Notes under the pieces: model-generated
The model's database searches: none
What the model was told of the DNA's origin: nothing
What the model saw: the letters and a program-made list of their open reading frames with translations, nothing else
Source: a virus
Lineage: Duplodnaviria; Caudoviricetes
Length of the DNA: 46,523 nucleotides
IMG/VR virus record: IMGVR_UViG_3300033145_000317
Location: 1-46,523 of that record
Direction: 5' to 3' (one strand)
Shown here: positions 20,442-28,585 of the stretch, piece after piece
Layout of the letters: every line of letters starts with the position of its first letter
Numbering within the stretch: position 1 is the stretch's first letter
Program-made: the position numbers and the translations under genes

Positions 20442-20648
20442 ATGTTTTTCGCTTTTTGGAATATCATACTAGCTTGGCTAGGGAAATACTTTCTTGATAA
20501 AATAATAGAAGCTATTAAAGAACATTTAGAACTTAAAGCGCATGAGAAGAAACTTAGAAAGCAAATTAAAGAAAAAATAAAGGAGATCAAAAGTGAAAAA
20601 GATCCTAAAATACGCGCTCAGCGTATGTCTGATTTCCTTAACTCTTAG
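20442..20648 (+). CDS. Putative inner-membrane spanin (Rz-like)
   Basis: AGGAG RBS; N-terminal hydrophobic segment then a charged helical region; overlaps a lipoprotein gene. Confidence 0.55.
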   Translation: MFFAFWNIILAWLGKYFLDKIIEAIKEHLELKAHEKKLRKQIKEKIKEIKSEKDPKIRAQRMSDFLNS

Positions 20649-20853
20649 TTGTTGTACTGAGTCTTGGCTTTGGAAACCAAACCCATACGCTACAGAGTCT
20701 ATTAGTCAATCTATTATAGATAAAGAAGGAGACATTGTTCTTTGCTCCGACATTGAGTTTGATAACAGGTATTGTTTTACTACCGAAGAAATGGAAGCCC
20801 TTAAAATAGAAATAGATAAAGCTAAAAAATGTTTTGCCAGTAAGGTAAAATAG
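20593..20853 (+). CDS. Putative outer-membrane lipoprotein spanin (Rz1-like)
   Basis: AAGGAG RBS, GTG start, signal MKKILKYALSVCLISLTLS|C with a lipobox-like Cys; 56-nt overlap with the preceding gene in another frame. Confidence 0.6.
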   Translation: MKKILKYALSVCLISLTLSCCTESWLWKPNPYATESISQSIIDKEGDIVLCSDIEFDNRYCFTTEEMEALKIEIDKAKKCFASKVK

Positions 20854-20855
20854 AT

Positions 20856-21419
20856 ATGACTCCTACTATAAATGATATAGACGCAGAGGTTTACCTTAGC
20901 ACAATAACCCCTTTAGAGAATGAATTAATAGTTATGGGACATGGCCCAGGCTATTTAGAAGAGTTAGATATAGTAGCTGCGCTATTCCCTAAAGCGGATC
21001 TTATGGCGATAAATATAGCAGGGCATACTTGTAAATATCCTGTAAAATATATATCAACACTTCACGCTTTTGAGTATGGCAATGACACTATTGAAAACAT
21101 TCCTGGCTTAAGAAGTTGGGCCATACCTAAAGAGGCTATAGTCTATGGCTCAGAAACTTACGGGGCTAAAAGTAAAAGAATAGATAGAGTTTTAAAAATA
21201 GATCCCGCAGGCGGGACTTCTTCTTTATTTGGCGTAGTAGTAGGATTAACATTAGGCTACCAAAAAATAATAACTGTAGGAGTACACTTAAAGCCTGGAA
21301 CTATTTATTTTGATAAGCATGTTTTTAAAAATTGGAGAAATGTTTGGGGTCCTATATTTAAAGACAAAGTAAGGGGTTTTAGTGGGCTACCTAAAACATT
21401 GTTTGGAGGCATAGATTGA
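20856..21419 (+). CDS. Maf/MptE-like (sialyltransferase-like fold) putative transferase
   Basis: IVMGHGPG...MAIN...GGTSSLFGVVVGLTLGYQKIITVGV pattern. Confidence 0.55.
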   Translation: MTPTINDIDAEVYLSTITPLENELIVMGHGPGYLEELDIVAALFPKADLMAINIAGHTCKYPVKYISTLHAFEYGNDTIENIPGLRSWAIPKEAIVYGSETYGAKSKRIDRVLKIDPAGGTSSLFGVVVGLTLGYQKIITVGVHLKPGTIYFDKHVFKNWRNVWGPIFKDKVRGFSGLPKTLFGGID

Positions 21420-22495
21420 ACAAAGATTTAGCCGTAGGCATGTGCTTCTATAATCCTTTTAAATTTGAAATTATGAACGAAAACATAATAAGGACTTGCG
21501 AGCATTTGCTTGAAAGTTGGAAGGATATTTATGTAGTAGAGCTTATTTATAATGATCCTGAATTAAATCAAGAGTCAATAAAAGATAAATTGCCTAAAGG
21601 CGTAGAGGTTTTACAAGTAAGATGCGACTCTCTTATGTGGCATAAAGAGCAGCTATTAAATATCTTAGCAAAGCATGTCATTAATAATGAAGGTTATGAT
21701 AACTTCGCTGCTTTTGATGCAGATATCCTTTTTGAAAATCCCGATTGGCCTCAGCGTATCTTAGCTAAACTAGAGACTTACCAAATAGTACAATGTTATA
21801 ATAAAGGTAAAAGTGGTTGGCATCCTAATGAAGATCCTCAATCTGTAAAGCCTTCGTTTCTTTGTCGTTGGTTTCATGACCAAAAAACAAATTGGTCTTT
21901 CCCTGGAGGGGCTTGGTCTGCACGTAAAAAGTTTTGGACTGAATGTGGCTTCTTTGAATACAATATAGCAGGCGGAGGGGACACGGTTTTTGCCTCTGCA
22001 CTTTTATATCCTGCTTGTGGCTTTGATGATTGGGAGAGAAAATATAAAAAGACAGATGTATTTTTTGAAAGTAATAGCTATGAAACCAGTTACGAAACTT
22101 ATAGACATAACTTAAATACAACTATGCGTACTTGGTATGGCTATGTAAATCAAACTGCACTTTATCAAGTACATGGTGCTAGAACTAAAAGAGCTTATGT
22201 AAACAGACAACAAATTTTACAAAGTATTAATCTAATAAAAGATATTAATCGTAATAAACATAATCTTACTGAATGGGTAAACCCTAATAATGTTAGAGCT
22301 AAACTATTGTCAAACTATTTCAAAGCGCGTAATGATGATAACCCTAATATCAATGCTACAACGGGTGCAATAGTTCCTTGCACTTGTTTAATAACTTGTC
22401 AATTAAATTCACTTCTTTATGAAAAGGATAAAGTATATGAAATAGCTTTAGCAGATGCTAATGAAAAATTTAAGATAGAATGGGGACAAATATGA
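21416..22495 (+). CDS. GT-A fold glycosyltransferase with an extra C-terminal small domain
   Basis: YVVEL, MWHKEQLLN, FDADILF (DxD), PGGAWSA and GGGDT motifs. Confidence 0.75.
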   Translation: MNKDLAVGMCFYNPFKFEIMNENIIRTCEHLLESWKDIYVVELIYNDPELNQESIKDKLPKGVEVLQVRCDSLMWHKEQLLNILAKHVINNEGYDNFAAFDADILFENPDWPQRILAKLETYQIVQCYNKGKSGWHPNEDPQSVKPSFLCRWFHDQKTNWSFPGGAWSARKKFWTECGFFEYNIAGGGDTVFASALLYPACGFDDWERKYKKTDVFFESNSYETSYETYRHNLNTTMRTWYGYVNQTALYQVHGARTKRAYVNRQQILQSINLIKDINRNKHNLTEWVNPNNVRAKLLSNYFKARNDDNPNINATTGAIVPCTCLITCQLNSLLYEKDKVYEIALADANEKFKIEWGQI

Positions 22496-23214
22496 TAGCG
22501 CATTATGTAGTTACTCGTATTAATATTAATTATCAAACTAACCCTACTGTTAAAAATTTTAATACTTGGTTTGATGCACGCTTTAAATTGTTAGAAAATA
22601 TATGCGCTCCTTCAATAGCTAGTCAGACAAAGAAAAACTTTACTTGGTTAATGCTAGTAGCTCCTAAAACTTCTCCTGCGCATCTTAAAAAGTTACAAGA
22701 GTTAGAAGCTAAAATACCTAATGCTAAAATAATTACTAAGAAATATTCTAGCTACATAAAAGAAAATCTTACTGATGAAAAATATGTTATAACTTCTAGA
22801 ATTGACTCAGACGATGCGTTAAGGTCTACTTATATTGAAGATGTACAGAATACGTTTATGAAATATAAAGATAAAACTAAACTTCCTTTTATAATTAACT
22901 ATTCAGTAGGTGCTTACTATTACCCTAAATTGAATAGAGCTTTTAAAGGATCTAAAAAATGGGTTAATCAATTTGTATCTTTTATAGAACCAGTAAGTGA
23001 AAATTTAAAAACTGTACATTGCCAAGAACATGGAAAGTTAGACGCTTTTTATTCTATGATATGGCTACCTACTAAAGAGCCTATGTGGGTTTGGGTTATA
23101 CATGATATGCAGATATCTCCCGATTGGCCTTTAGATAAATCACTAGGTATGCTGCGCTTTCCTGAAGAGATAAAAGATTTTAACATTAATAACTTTGTGA
23201 AGGGAATTTATTAA
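22480..23214 (+). CDS. GT2-related glycosyltransferase (putative rhamnosyltransferase-like family)
   Basis: R..L.E.IC.PSI.SQT.KNF.WL and SRIDSDDAL motifs; the start may be ATG 22492. Confidence 0.75.
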   Translation: MGTNMIAHYVVTRININYQTNPTVKNFNTWFDARFKLLENICAPSIASQTKKNFTWLMLVAPKTSPAHLKKLQELEAKIPNAKIITKKYSSYIKENLTDEKYVITSRIDSDDALRSTYIEDVQNTFMKYKDKTKLPFIINYSVGAYYYPKLNRAFKGSKKWVNQFVSFIEPVSENLKTVHCQEHGKLDAFYSMIWLPTKEPMWVWVIHDMQISPDWPLDKSLGMLRFPEEIKDFNINNFVKGIY

Positions 23215-23739
23215 ATGCCTACTTCTTCTTATGAGGGGCGAGATTGGGTTTGCACAAAAGCCTCTATAATGAAAAATATTAAGACTGTTCTAGATGTAGG
23301 AGCAGGCGTAGGGACTTATGTAAAGCTACTTAGAGCTATGTTTCCTGACTCAGTTTGGGTAGGCGTAGAAGCTTGGCTACCTTATGTAAATAGATACAAA
23401 TTAAAAAAGATTTATGATTTATTAATCATCTCTGACATATATAGAGTACACGCTATGCATGGCTTAGACTTAGTTATTTTTGGTGATGTATTAGAACACT
23501 TAGAGAAAGATAAAGCTATAAAGGTTTACGAAAGATTTAGAAAAGCAGCTAGGTATATTATAATAGTTATGCCTATTAAAAGGTATGTGCAGGGAGCTAT
23601 AGGCGGCAATCCTTATGAAGAACATAAAGCTCAATGGACTCATAAAGAAATACTGAAAAAATTTAAAGGCATTAAATATTGGAAAGAAGGAAAGAAAAAA
23701 GGATGCTATCTAGTAGTTAACAAAGGAGTTAATAAATGA
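23215..23739 (+). CDS. Class I SAM-dependent methyltransferase
   Basis: VLDVGAGVG motif I; DLVIFGDVLEHL; GNPYEEH. Confidence 0.85.
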   Translation: MPTSSYEGRDWVCTKASIMKNIKTVLDVGAGVGTYVKLLRAMFPDSVWVGVEAWLPYVNRYKLKKIYDLLIISDIYRVHAMHGLDLVIFGDVLEHLEKDKAIKVYERFRKAARYIIIVMPIKRYVQGAIGGNPYEEHKAQWTHKEILKKFKGIKYWKEGKKKGCYLVVNKGVNK

Positions 23740-24233
23740 TAAAGCTAAACATCGGATGCGCTAATGTAAGAATGGAAGGGTATGTAGGGATAGATAAAAG
23801 AAAAACTGCTAATACAGATATAGTTATGGATGCATTAGAAGTTATTAATCATTACCCTTTAAATGGTATAGATGAAATATACTCAGGACATATGTTAGAG
23901 CATCTTTATAAAAAAGATGGCGCTCAATTCATAACCGATTGTTATGATCTTTTAAAAATGGGAGGCACACTTAGATTAGAACTTCCTTTAATTGATTATT
24001 TAATAAATGATTGTTGGACCGATAAAGCTAAACCTTTTCAATTTATTAATATCTTATATGGCATGCAACAATATCCTGAAGATTGTCATAGATACGGATA
24101 CACTAGAGAAAGTATAGAAGAGCTTCTTAATGATAAAGGCTTCATTATTACCAAAGAAGAAAGAGGCAGGACCGGAAAGCCTAATAGTAAAAACGGTATA
24201 ATGTTATGGTGCAAAAAAGTTGAAAACGCTTAG
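23736..24233 (+). CDS. Class I SAM-dependent methyltransferase (Methyltransf_11-like)
   Basis: KLNIGC, IYSGHMLEHL, LLKMGGTLRLELP and HRYGYT motifs. Confidence 0.82.
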   Translation: MIKLNIGCANVRMEGYVGIDKRKTANTDIVMDALEVINHYPLNGIDEIYSGHMLEHLYKKDGAQFITDCYDLLKMGGTLRLELPLIDYLINDCWTDKAKPFQFINILYGMQQYPEDCHRYGYTRESIEELLNDKGFIITKEERGRTGKPNSKNGIMLWCKKVENA

Positions 24234-24498
24234 AAGGCTCATATGTCATTACTACGGGCATCCTAATGTACAGGTGTCTTGTATAGGAGATGTCTATTGT
24301 TGTCGATGTGAGGGCCAAATAGGCATGCATCTAGCCGCTTTCTTTGATGTATCTAAGATAGTTATTTTAGGTTGTACTTGCGATCTATGCAAAAAACTAA
24401 TAAAGACTTTAACTTGGAAGGATAAAATTTTACTTCCTAGGAAATATAAAAAACAATTAAAGGATGTGATTAAGGGTAAGAGCTTAACTAGGCGTTAA
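24220..24498 (+). CDS. Cys-rich, probably Zn-binding, hypothetical protein
   Basis: ICHYYGH, CCRC and CTCDLC motifs. Confidence 0.6.
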   Translation: MKTLRRLICHYYGHPNVQVSCIGDVYCCRCEGQIGMHLAAFFDVSKIVILGCTCDLCKKLIKTLTWKDKILLPRKYKKQLKDVIKGKSLTRR

Positions 24499-24502
24499 TC
24501 TT

Positions 24503-24778
24503 TTACTTTTTAAAAGCTCCTATATTATGAAACCTATTAAACCTATTTATAAGTTGTTCGTCTGGCGTTAAAGTATTAATAAAATTATCAAAATCCTTTT
24601 TATTATCAAATAAGATTTCATCATGTATTATTTGCACAGCCCCTTCAATCTCAGAGGCTTTAGGAAAACGCCAATTTAAGTAATTAGGTAAAGCCCCTAT
24701 TAATATTTTAGGCTCCACAACGAGCTTCTCCAATAGCCTCATAAGCAGCTTGCATACATTGATCCTCTTCTTCCTCAA
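24503..24778 (-). CDS. Hypothetical protein (start uncertain, possibly MRLLEK)
   Basis: ORF overlapping the 3' end of the upstream small gene; no recognisable motif. Confidence 0.5.
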   Translation of the reverse strand: MRKKRINVCKLLMRLLEKLVVEPKILIGALPNYLNWRFPKASEIEGAVQIIHDEILFDNKKDFDNFINTLTPDEQLINRFNRFHNIGAFKK

Positions 24779-24905
24779 GCAGATCGTAATAATTATTCAA
24801 ACTTGTGCTTTTGTTTTTAATTTCTTCAATCCAAACTTTTTTATAATTTCGCGCGTGTGTTAGATAATATTCAAGACCCTTAATTTTTTGGGTTAGAGTG
24901 GGCAT
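24708..24905 (-). CDS. Small acidic hypothetical protein (MPTLTQK...)
   Basis: GGAGGT RBS before ATG 24905; directly downstream of a consensus promoter. Confidence 0.6.
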   Translation of the reverse strand: MPTLTQKIKGLEYYLTHARNYKKVWIEEIKNKSTSLNNYYDLLEEEEDQCMQAAYEAIGEARCGA

Positions 24906-24921
24906 CGGCACCTCCATTTGT

Positions 24922-24964
24922 TTTACTAATTAGTAAATATAACACATAGCGTTAAGAATGTCAA
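24922..24964 (-). promoter_or_regulatory. Sigma70-type promoter with an overlapping palindromic operator candidate
   Basis: Minus strand TTGACA(24964-24959)-17 nt-TATATT(24941-24936) with an extended -10 TG. Perfect 16-bp palindrome TTTACTAATTAGTAAA at 24922-24937. Confidence 0.75.
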
Positions 24965-24969
24965 TACAT

Positions 24970-25365
24970 TTATATCTCTATAATATGTAACCTAAAACTA
25001 TCAAACCCCTCCAGCTTTTTCATAAATGCTTTAAAAGTATTCCCTGAATTTAAAATAGCTCTTTCACCTTTAAGTTTCCCCCAATATTGGCCTAACAAGA
25101 TACAACCTTTAGTATGGCCTATAATGTTACCAGGATGAAAGAGTATGTGGTTTCTATTTGACACTCCTTTAATTTCAAAAGTCTTTTTATATTTAGGAGA
25201 GTTTACACGTTTACAGGTATACCAGCCATCAGGTATGCAAGACTCACTCTTTATATTGTCTTTATCTATAGGCTCTAAAGTTACGCAAAAAACTTCATAC
25301 TCTATAAGTAAGGCCCCAAAAACTCCTTTATCAGATTGCTCAAGTCTGAATAATTCTACTAACAT
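24970..25365 (-). CDS. DUF5675-like L,D-peptidase-fold protein, candidate endolysin
   Basis: FCVTLEP, SCIPDG.Y and ILFHPGN...HTKGCILLG (His/Cys catalytic pattern). Confidence 0.75.
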   Translation of the reverse strand: MLVELFRLEQSDKGVFGALLIEYEVFCVTLEPIDKDNIKSESCIPDGWYTCKRVNSPKYKKTFEIKGVSNRNHILFHPGNIIGHTKGCILLGQYWGKLKGERAILNSGNTFKAFMKKLEGFDSFRLHIIEI

Positions 25366-25631
25366 TTTTCATTTTCCTTTCTACTATAGAACATACGATA
25401 CCCAGGCGCGTTATCAATATCATAACCTTTAACAAGCATTGTTAATCTAGACCTATGCACTCCTAATAATTTAGCGTTTTTAGATATCGAAAGACTTTTA
25501 TCAAGAGCTAACATTAAAACCTGCCTCTCTATAATTCGCATAGTTTTAACAAAACCTGCTTCTCTTATTCCTTTTTTAGTTATTTGCATAAATCTATCCT
25601 TTCTTATATCTCTTTCCTTCCCAACCTTCAC
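25359..25631 (-). CDS. Fis-type helix-turn-helix protein
   Basis: IERQVLMLAL...ISKNAKLLGVHRSRL matches the Fis/NtrC C-terminal HTH pattern. Confidence 0.7.
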   Translation of the reverse strand: MKVGKERDIRKDRFMQITKKGIREAGFVKTMRIIERQVLMLALDKSLSISKNAKLLGVHRSRLTMLVKGYDIDNAPGYRMFYSRKENEKC

Positions 25632-27561
25632 ACGCTATAGGCAAACCTTTAGCCCAAATAGGGACTTCTGACATTATCCTACTAAACTCTTCTAAACTTT
25701 TGTTTTTACCTTCGCATACAATTTCATCATGCACATGCATAACTATATCAAAGCCTGCTTTGTCTAGTCTTACCATAGCTTCGGCTAGTAAGTCTCTAGC
25801 TATAGCTTGAACAACATTTTCAGTTAACTTACCTCCATAAGTATTTAACCTTGACCATTTACCAGATGTCGAAGACACACCCATATATCTAATATCTTGC
25901 TTGGTAGTTCCATACTTATCCACAACGGTTTTAGTAAAAGGTGTATACCAAGAGAGAAGGCGCCCACTAGGAAGACGACAATGCATAAAATCGCCACGAA
26001 TACCAAACTTAATCCTACCATAACTGAAAGCATTTTTTGTAGTAATAGCTTTAATAGCTGCAATTTCTACTCCTTTCCAAAACTGTACTATTCTAGGGTG
26101 TGCTGCTCTCCACTTACCTGCTATCTCTGCAGCTTTATCTTCTGGCACATACACGCCATAAGTAGGAGCCATAGATTGAAACGCGCCTACCCAACCTTGA
26201 TACCCTAAAGCTAATACTGCTACTTTTCCTATGGCTCTTTCTTCCTTTGTAATATCTGAATAGTTTTTATTATATATTTCGGCTGCAGTAACTTTATATA
26301 AATCTAATCCTTCTCTAAAAGATTTAAGTGTTCTTTCATCGCCTGCTATCCAAGCTAAAACTCTAGCTTCAACACTAGAAAAATCTTGAGCGTAAAGTAG
26401 TTTACCTTCTTCGGCTATTATCATTCCTCTTATACATTTGCTAGCTGCTTTAATAACACAATTGTGTTTCTTATCTACTTGACTTACCCCCATAGATAGT
26501 ACTTCATTAATAGTTTCCTCATCAAAGCTATCTCTAGGTAAGTTATGAGTTTGTATTCCTTTGCCAGACCATCGGCCAGTGTTTGCGCCGTCAAATAAAA
26601 AAGTATATCTAACTCTGCCATCTTTGCAAGCCATCTCTATCATCTTCTTAAGTTTGGCAGTACTAGATTTAGATAAGCTTTGTCTTATTTCTAAAATTCT
26701 TCTACAGTTAGCGGATAGATCGTCTTTCTTTAAAAAGTTAATTACTGTTTCTTTTTGCATATCAGGAATATCTAAACCTTTACTAAGTAGCCATTCTCTA
26801 GTCGCTGCAGCTTGAGTAGTAGAGTTTACCTGGCCTTGAGTTAGCAACTGGACCTCTAACCTTAAAGCATCGGACTTGTGCTCTATTTTATAAAGAAGAT
26901 TGTTAACTGCTTCTAAATCTATCTTAATGCCTCTTCTATTTATTTTTTGGTCTAACTCCCAAAGCTCTTGCTCCTTTTTAGGTAAGTCGTAAAGTAATTG
27001 AGATAAAGAATATTCTGCATTTACATCTTGTTTACAATAATCGCATAACAATTTAAAATCGTCAGGGTCTTCATGCCAAATACTAGGATCTTTTTTAGTA
27101 GGTCTTCTAGGTTTGCACATCTTCATCATTATCCGATAACCTAAATTGTCTTTCTTCTCTTCAGTACCTAAAGCTTGGGTAGCATAATTTAAAGCGCGTG
27201 GAAGAGCGTAGGAAGCAGCTAAAGCGGCTGAGCATCTTAGCTTCTCTATTGGTAAATCTGGAAACTTGTAGCGCTTATGCATTATCTGGTGCCACATCGC
27301 TTGCTCGAAACCTGCATTGTGGGCTTCTATTGTATCAGCGCCTTCAATCCATTGACCTACACCGATACTATCTGCTTGAGGGTATAAATGAACAGGGTAC
27401 AAATGCGCAAATTTAGAAGGCACAAAAATCACTGGCTCGTTATCATCTTCCTTAAAAGCTATGCAAAGTATATCTGTGCTAGGACTTTCAGAGTAAGGGC
27501 CTAAGCCTGCATCTTTTAAATTTATTTCGCTACGACTCTCAAGATCAATCGTTAACTTCAT
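25594..27561 (-). CDS. polA: Family A DNA polymerase with an N-terminal 3'-5' exonuclease
   Basis: TIDLES and AHNAGFE (exonuclease), TGRWSG, DFSSVEARVLAW (motif A), RAIGKVAVLALGY (motif B), HVHDEIV (motif C). Confidence 0.95.
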   Translation of the reverse strand: MKLTIDLESRSEINLKDAGLGPYSESPSTDILCIAFKEDDNEPVIFVPSKFAHLYPVHLYPQADSIGVGQWIEGADTIEAHNAGFEQAMWHQIMHKRYKFPDLPIEKLRCSAALAASYALPRALNYATQALGTEEKKDNLGYRIMMKMCKPRRPTKKDPSIWHEDPDDFKLLCDYCKQDVNAEYSLSQLLYDLPKKEQELWELDQKINRRGIKIDLEAVNNLLYKIEHKSDALRLEVQLLTQGQVNSTTQAAATREWLLSKGLDIPDMQKETVINFLKKDDLSANCRRILEIRQSLSKSSTAKLKKMIEMACKDGRVRYTFLFDGANTGRWSGKGIQTHNLPRDSFDEETINEVLSMGVSQVDKKHNCVIKAASKCIRGMIIAEEGKLLYAQDFSSVEARVLAWIAGDERTLKSFREGLDLYKVTAAEIYNKNYSDITKEERAIGKVAVLALGYQGWVGAFQSMAPTYGVYVPEDKAAEIAGKWRAAHPRIVQFWKGVEIAAIKAITTKNAFSYGRIKFGIRGDFMHCRLPSGRLLSWYTPFTKTVVDKYGTTKQDIRYMGVSSTSGKWSRLNTYGGKLTENVVQAIARDLLAEAMVRLDKAGFDIVMHVHDEIVCEGKNKSLEEFSRIMSEVPIWAKGLPIACEGWEGKRYKKG

Positions 27562-27755
27562 TTAGCTTTGCCTTTCTGCTTTTGATGTTTATCAACTCTC
27601 TTCCTCATACCTTTAAGAAGTTTTGCGTTATCAATTAAAGCGTTATCTATTTTTCTTAAATCTCTTCCTGCCATCTTGTAACCTATATAAGTAGACATAA
27701 ATATTAATGTTACTAAAGTTATAAGTACTACAGGATCTACAAAAACGTTTAGCAT
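27558..27755 (-). CDS. Small single-pass membrane protein
   Basis: AAGGAGGT RBS; hydrophobic N-terminal helix and a basic tail. Confidence 0.65.
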   Translation of the reverse strand: MLNVFVDPVVLITLVTLIFMSTYIGYKMAGRDLRKIDNALIDNAKLLKGMRKRVDKHQKQKGKAK

Positions 27756-27773
27756 TTAATACCTCCTTAATAT

Positions 27774-27845
27774 ATAAGCGAGCAGGCCAAATGGAAACAA
27801 AAACCTACCCGCTTATTTTGCGCCGTCCCTCAGTTAAGGCACAAA
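27774..27845 (-). promoter_or_regulatory. Tandem RNA hairpins downstream of the SSB gene
   Basis: Stems 27838-27845/27817-27824 and 27804-27816/27774-27786. All mismatches become G-U pairs only on the minus strand. Confidence 0.6.
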
Positions 27846-27848
27846 GTT

Positions 27849-28418
27849 TTACATAAACATATTATCTTCTTGAGCTACTGTAGCACCTCCGCCTTCTATC
27901 TCAGGACCTTCTACAGCGTCAAACTCATCTTCGGCTTTCATCTTTCCACTAAAGGACTCGCCGTCTCTTAATTTTTGAATGTTTTGAAGGCCAAAAGATA
28001 CTCCATTATTACCTGCAGTACTATAAGCGTAAGCAGTTACCGAAGCTCTAGCATAACAGCCAGCATAAAAATCTTCTTCCATAAGTATAGGTTGTTTGTC
28101 TCGATCTACTAAACCAGGCTTATGTTTACCACTAGCATTGATAAAGTAATGTCCAGGGTAGCCATCCATATCCGGTTTTTCTGTATCGCCGTCTCTAAAA
28201 GGGTTTCTAAGTTTAGGTCTTTTAGCAGGATCGGGCCACTTAGCCTCTGCAGCTTTCTTAGCTAAAGCTCTCATATCGCTTATGTCTTCTTTCTTATTGA
28301 TAAGCATTACTACTGAATACTTAGCAGGTAAGCCTTCGGCGAAAGCCCTAGGCTTAAATACATTAGGAAACGAAACCCTAAATTCTGGTGTGATAGTCTT
28401 AGCAAATTTGTCATTCAT
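27849..28418 (-). CDS. Single-stranded DNA-binding protein (DUF2815 / T7 gp2.5-like)
   Basis: FRVSFPNVFKP, NPFRDGD, FYAGCYARAS, GVSFGLQNIQKLRDGE motifs and an acidic C-terminal tail. Confidence 0.9.
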   Translation of the reverse strand: MNDKFAKTITPEFRVSFPNVFKPRAFAEGLPAKYSVVMLINKKEDISDMRALAKKAAEAKWPDPAKRPKLRNPFRDGDTEKPDMDGYPGHYFINASGKHKPGLVDRDKQPILMEEDFYAGCYARASVTAYAYSTAGNNGVSFGLQNIQKLRDGESFSGKMKAEDEFDAVEGPEIEGGGATVAQEDNMFM

Positions 28419-28585
28419 AATCTTTCTTCCTTTCTATTTAAAATCATTTGATATTTCTTTCCACTTTGCCAACCTTCAGCTCTTGCTATACTCAAGGCTT
28501 CTGTAAAGCTTAAAGTATCTAAAGCCTCATAGTAAGGACATAGGCAGCATTGAATATCAAAACCCTCTTCGGTTCTAGCTATCAT
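28415..28585 (-). CDS. Small 56-aa protein with CxxC (not in the ORF track)
   Basis: MIARTEEGFDIQCCLCPYYEALDTLSFTEALSIARAEGWQSGKKYQMILNRKEERL*. ATGA overlaps with both neighbours. Confidence 0.65.
   Translation of the reverse strand: MIARTEEGFDIQCCLCPYYEALDTLSFTEALSIARAEGWQSGKKYQMILNRKEERL

Noticed and set aside
1541-21825. Numerous short antisense or nested ORFs in the track (for example 1541-1774, 2951-3160, 6469-6714, 9021-9269, 12627-12896, 15555-15860, 19990-20295)
   Set aside because: They lie opposite or within well-supported genes, lack RBSs and have shadow-ORF composition.
23215-24233. DNA methyltransferases / restriction-modification
   Set aside because: No DPPY/NPPY or PC catalytic motifs. 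The short length and LEHL motif fit small-molecule or sugar methyltransferases.
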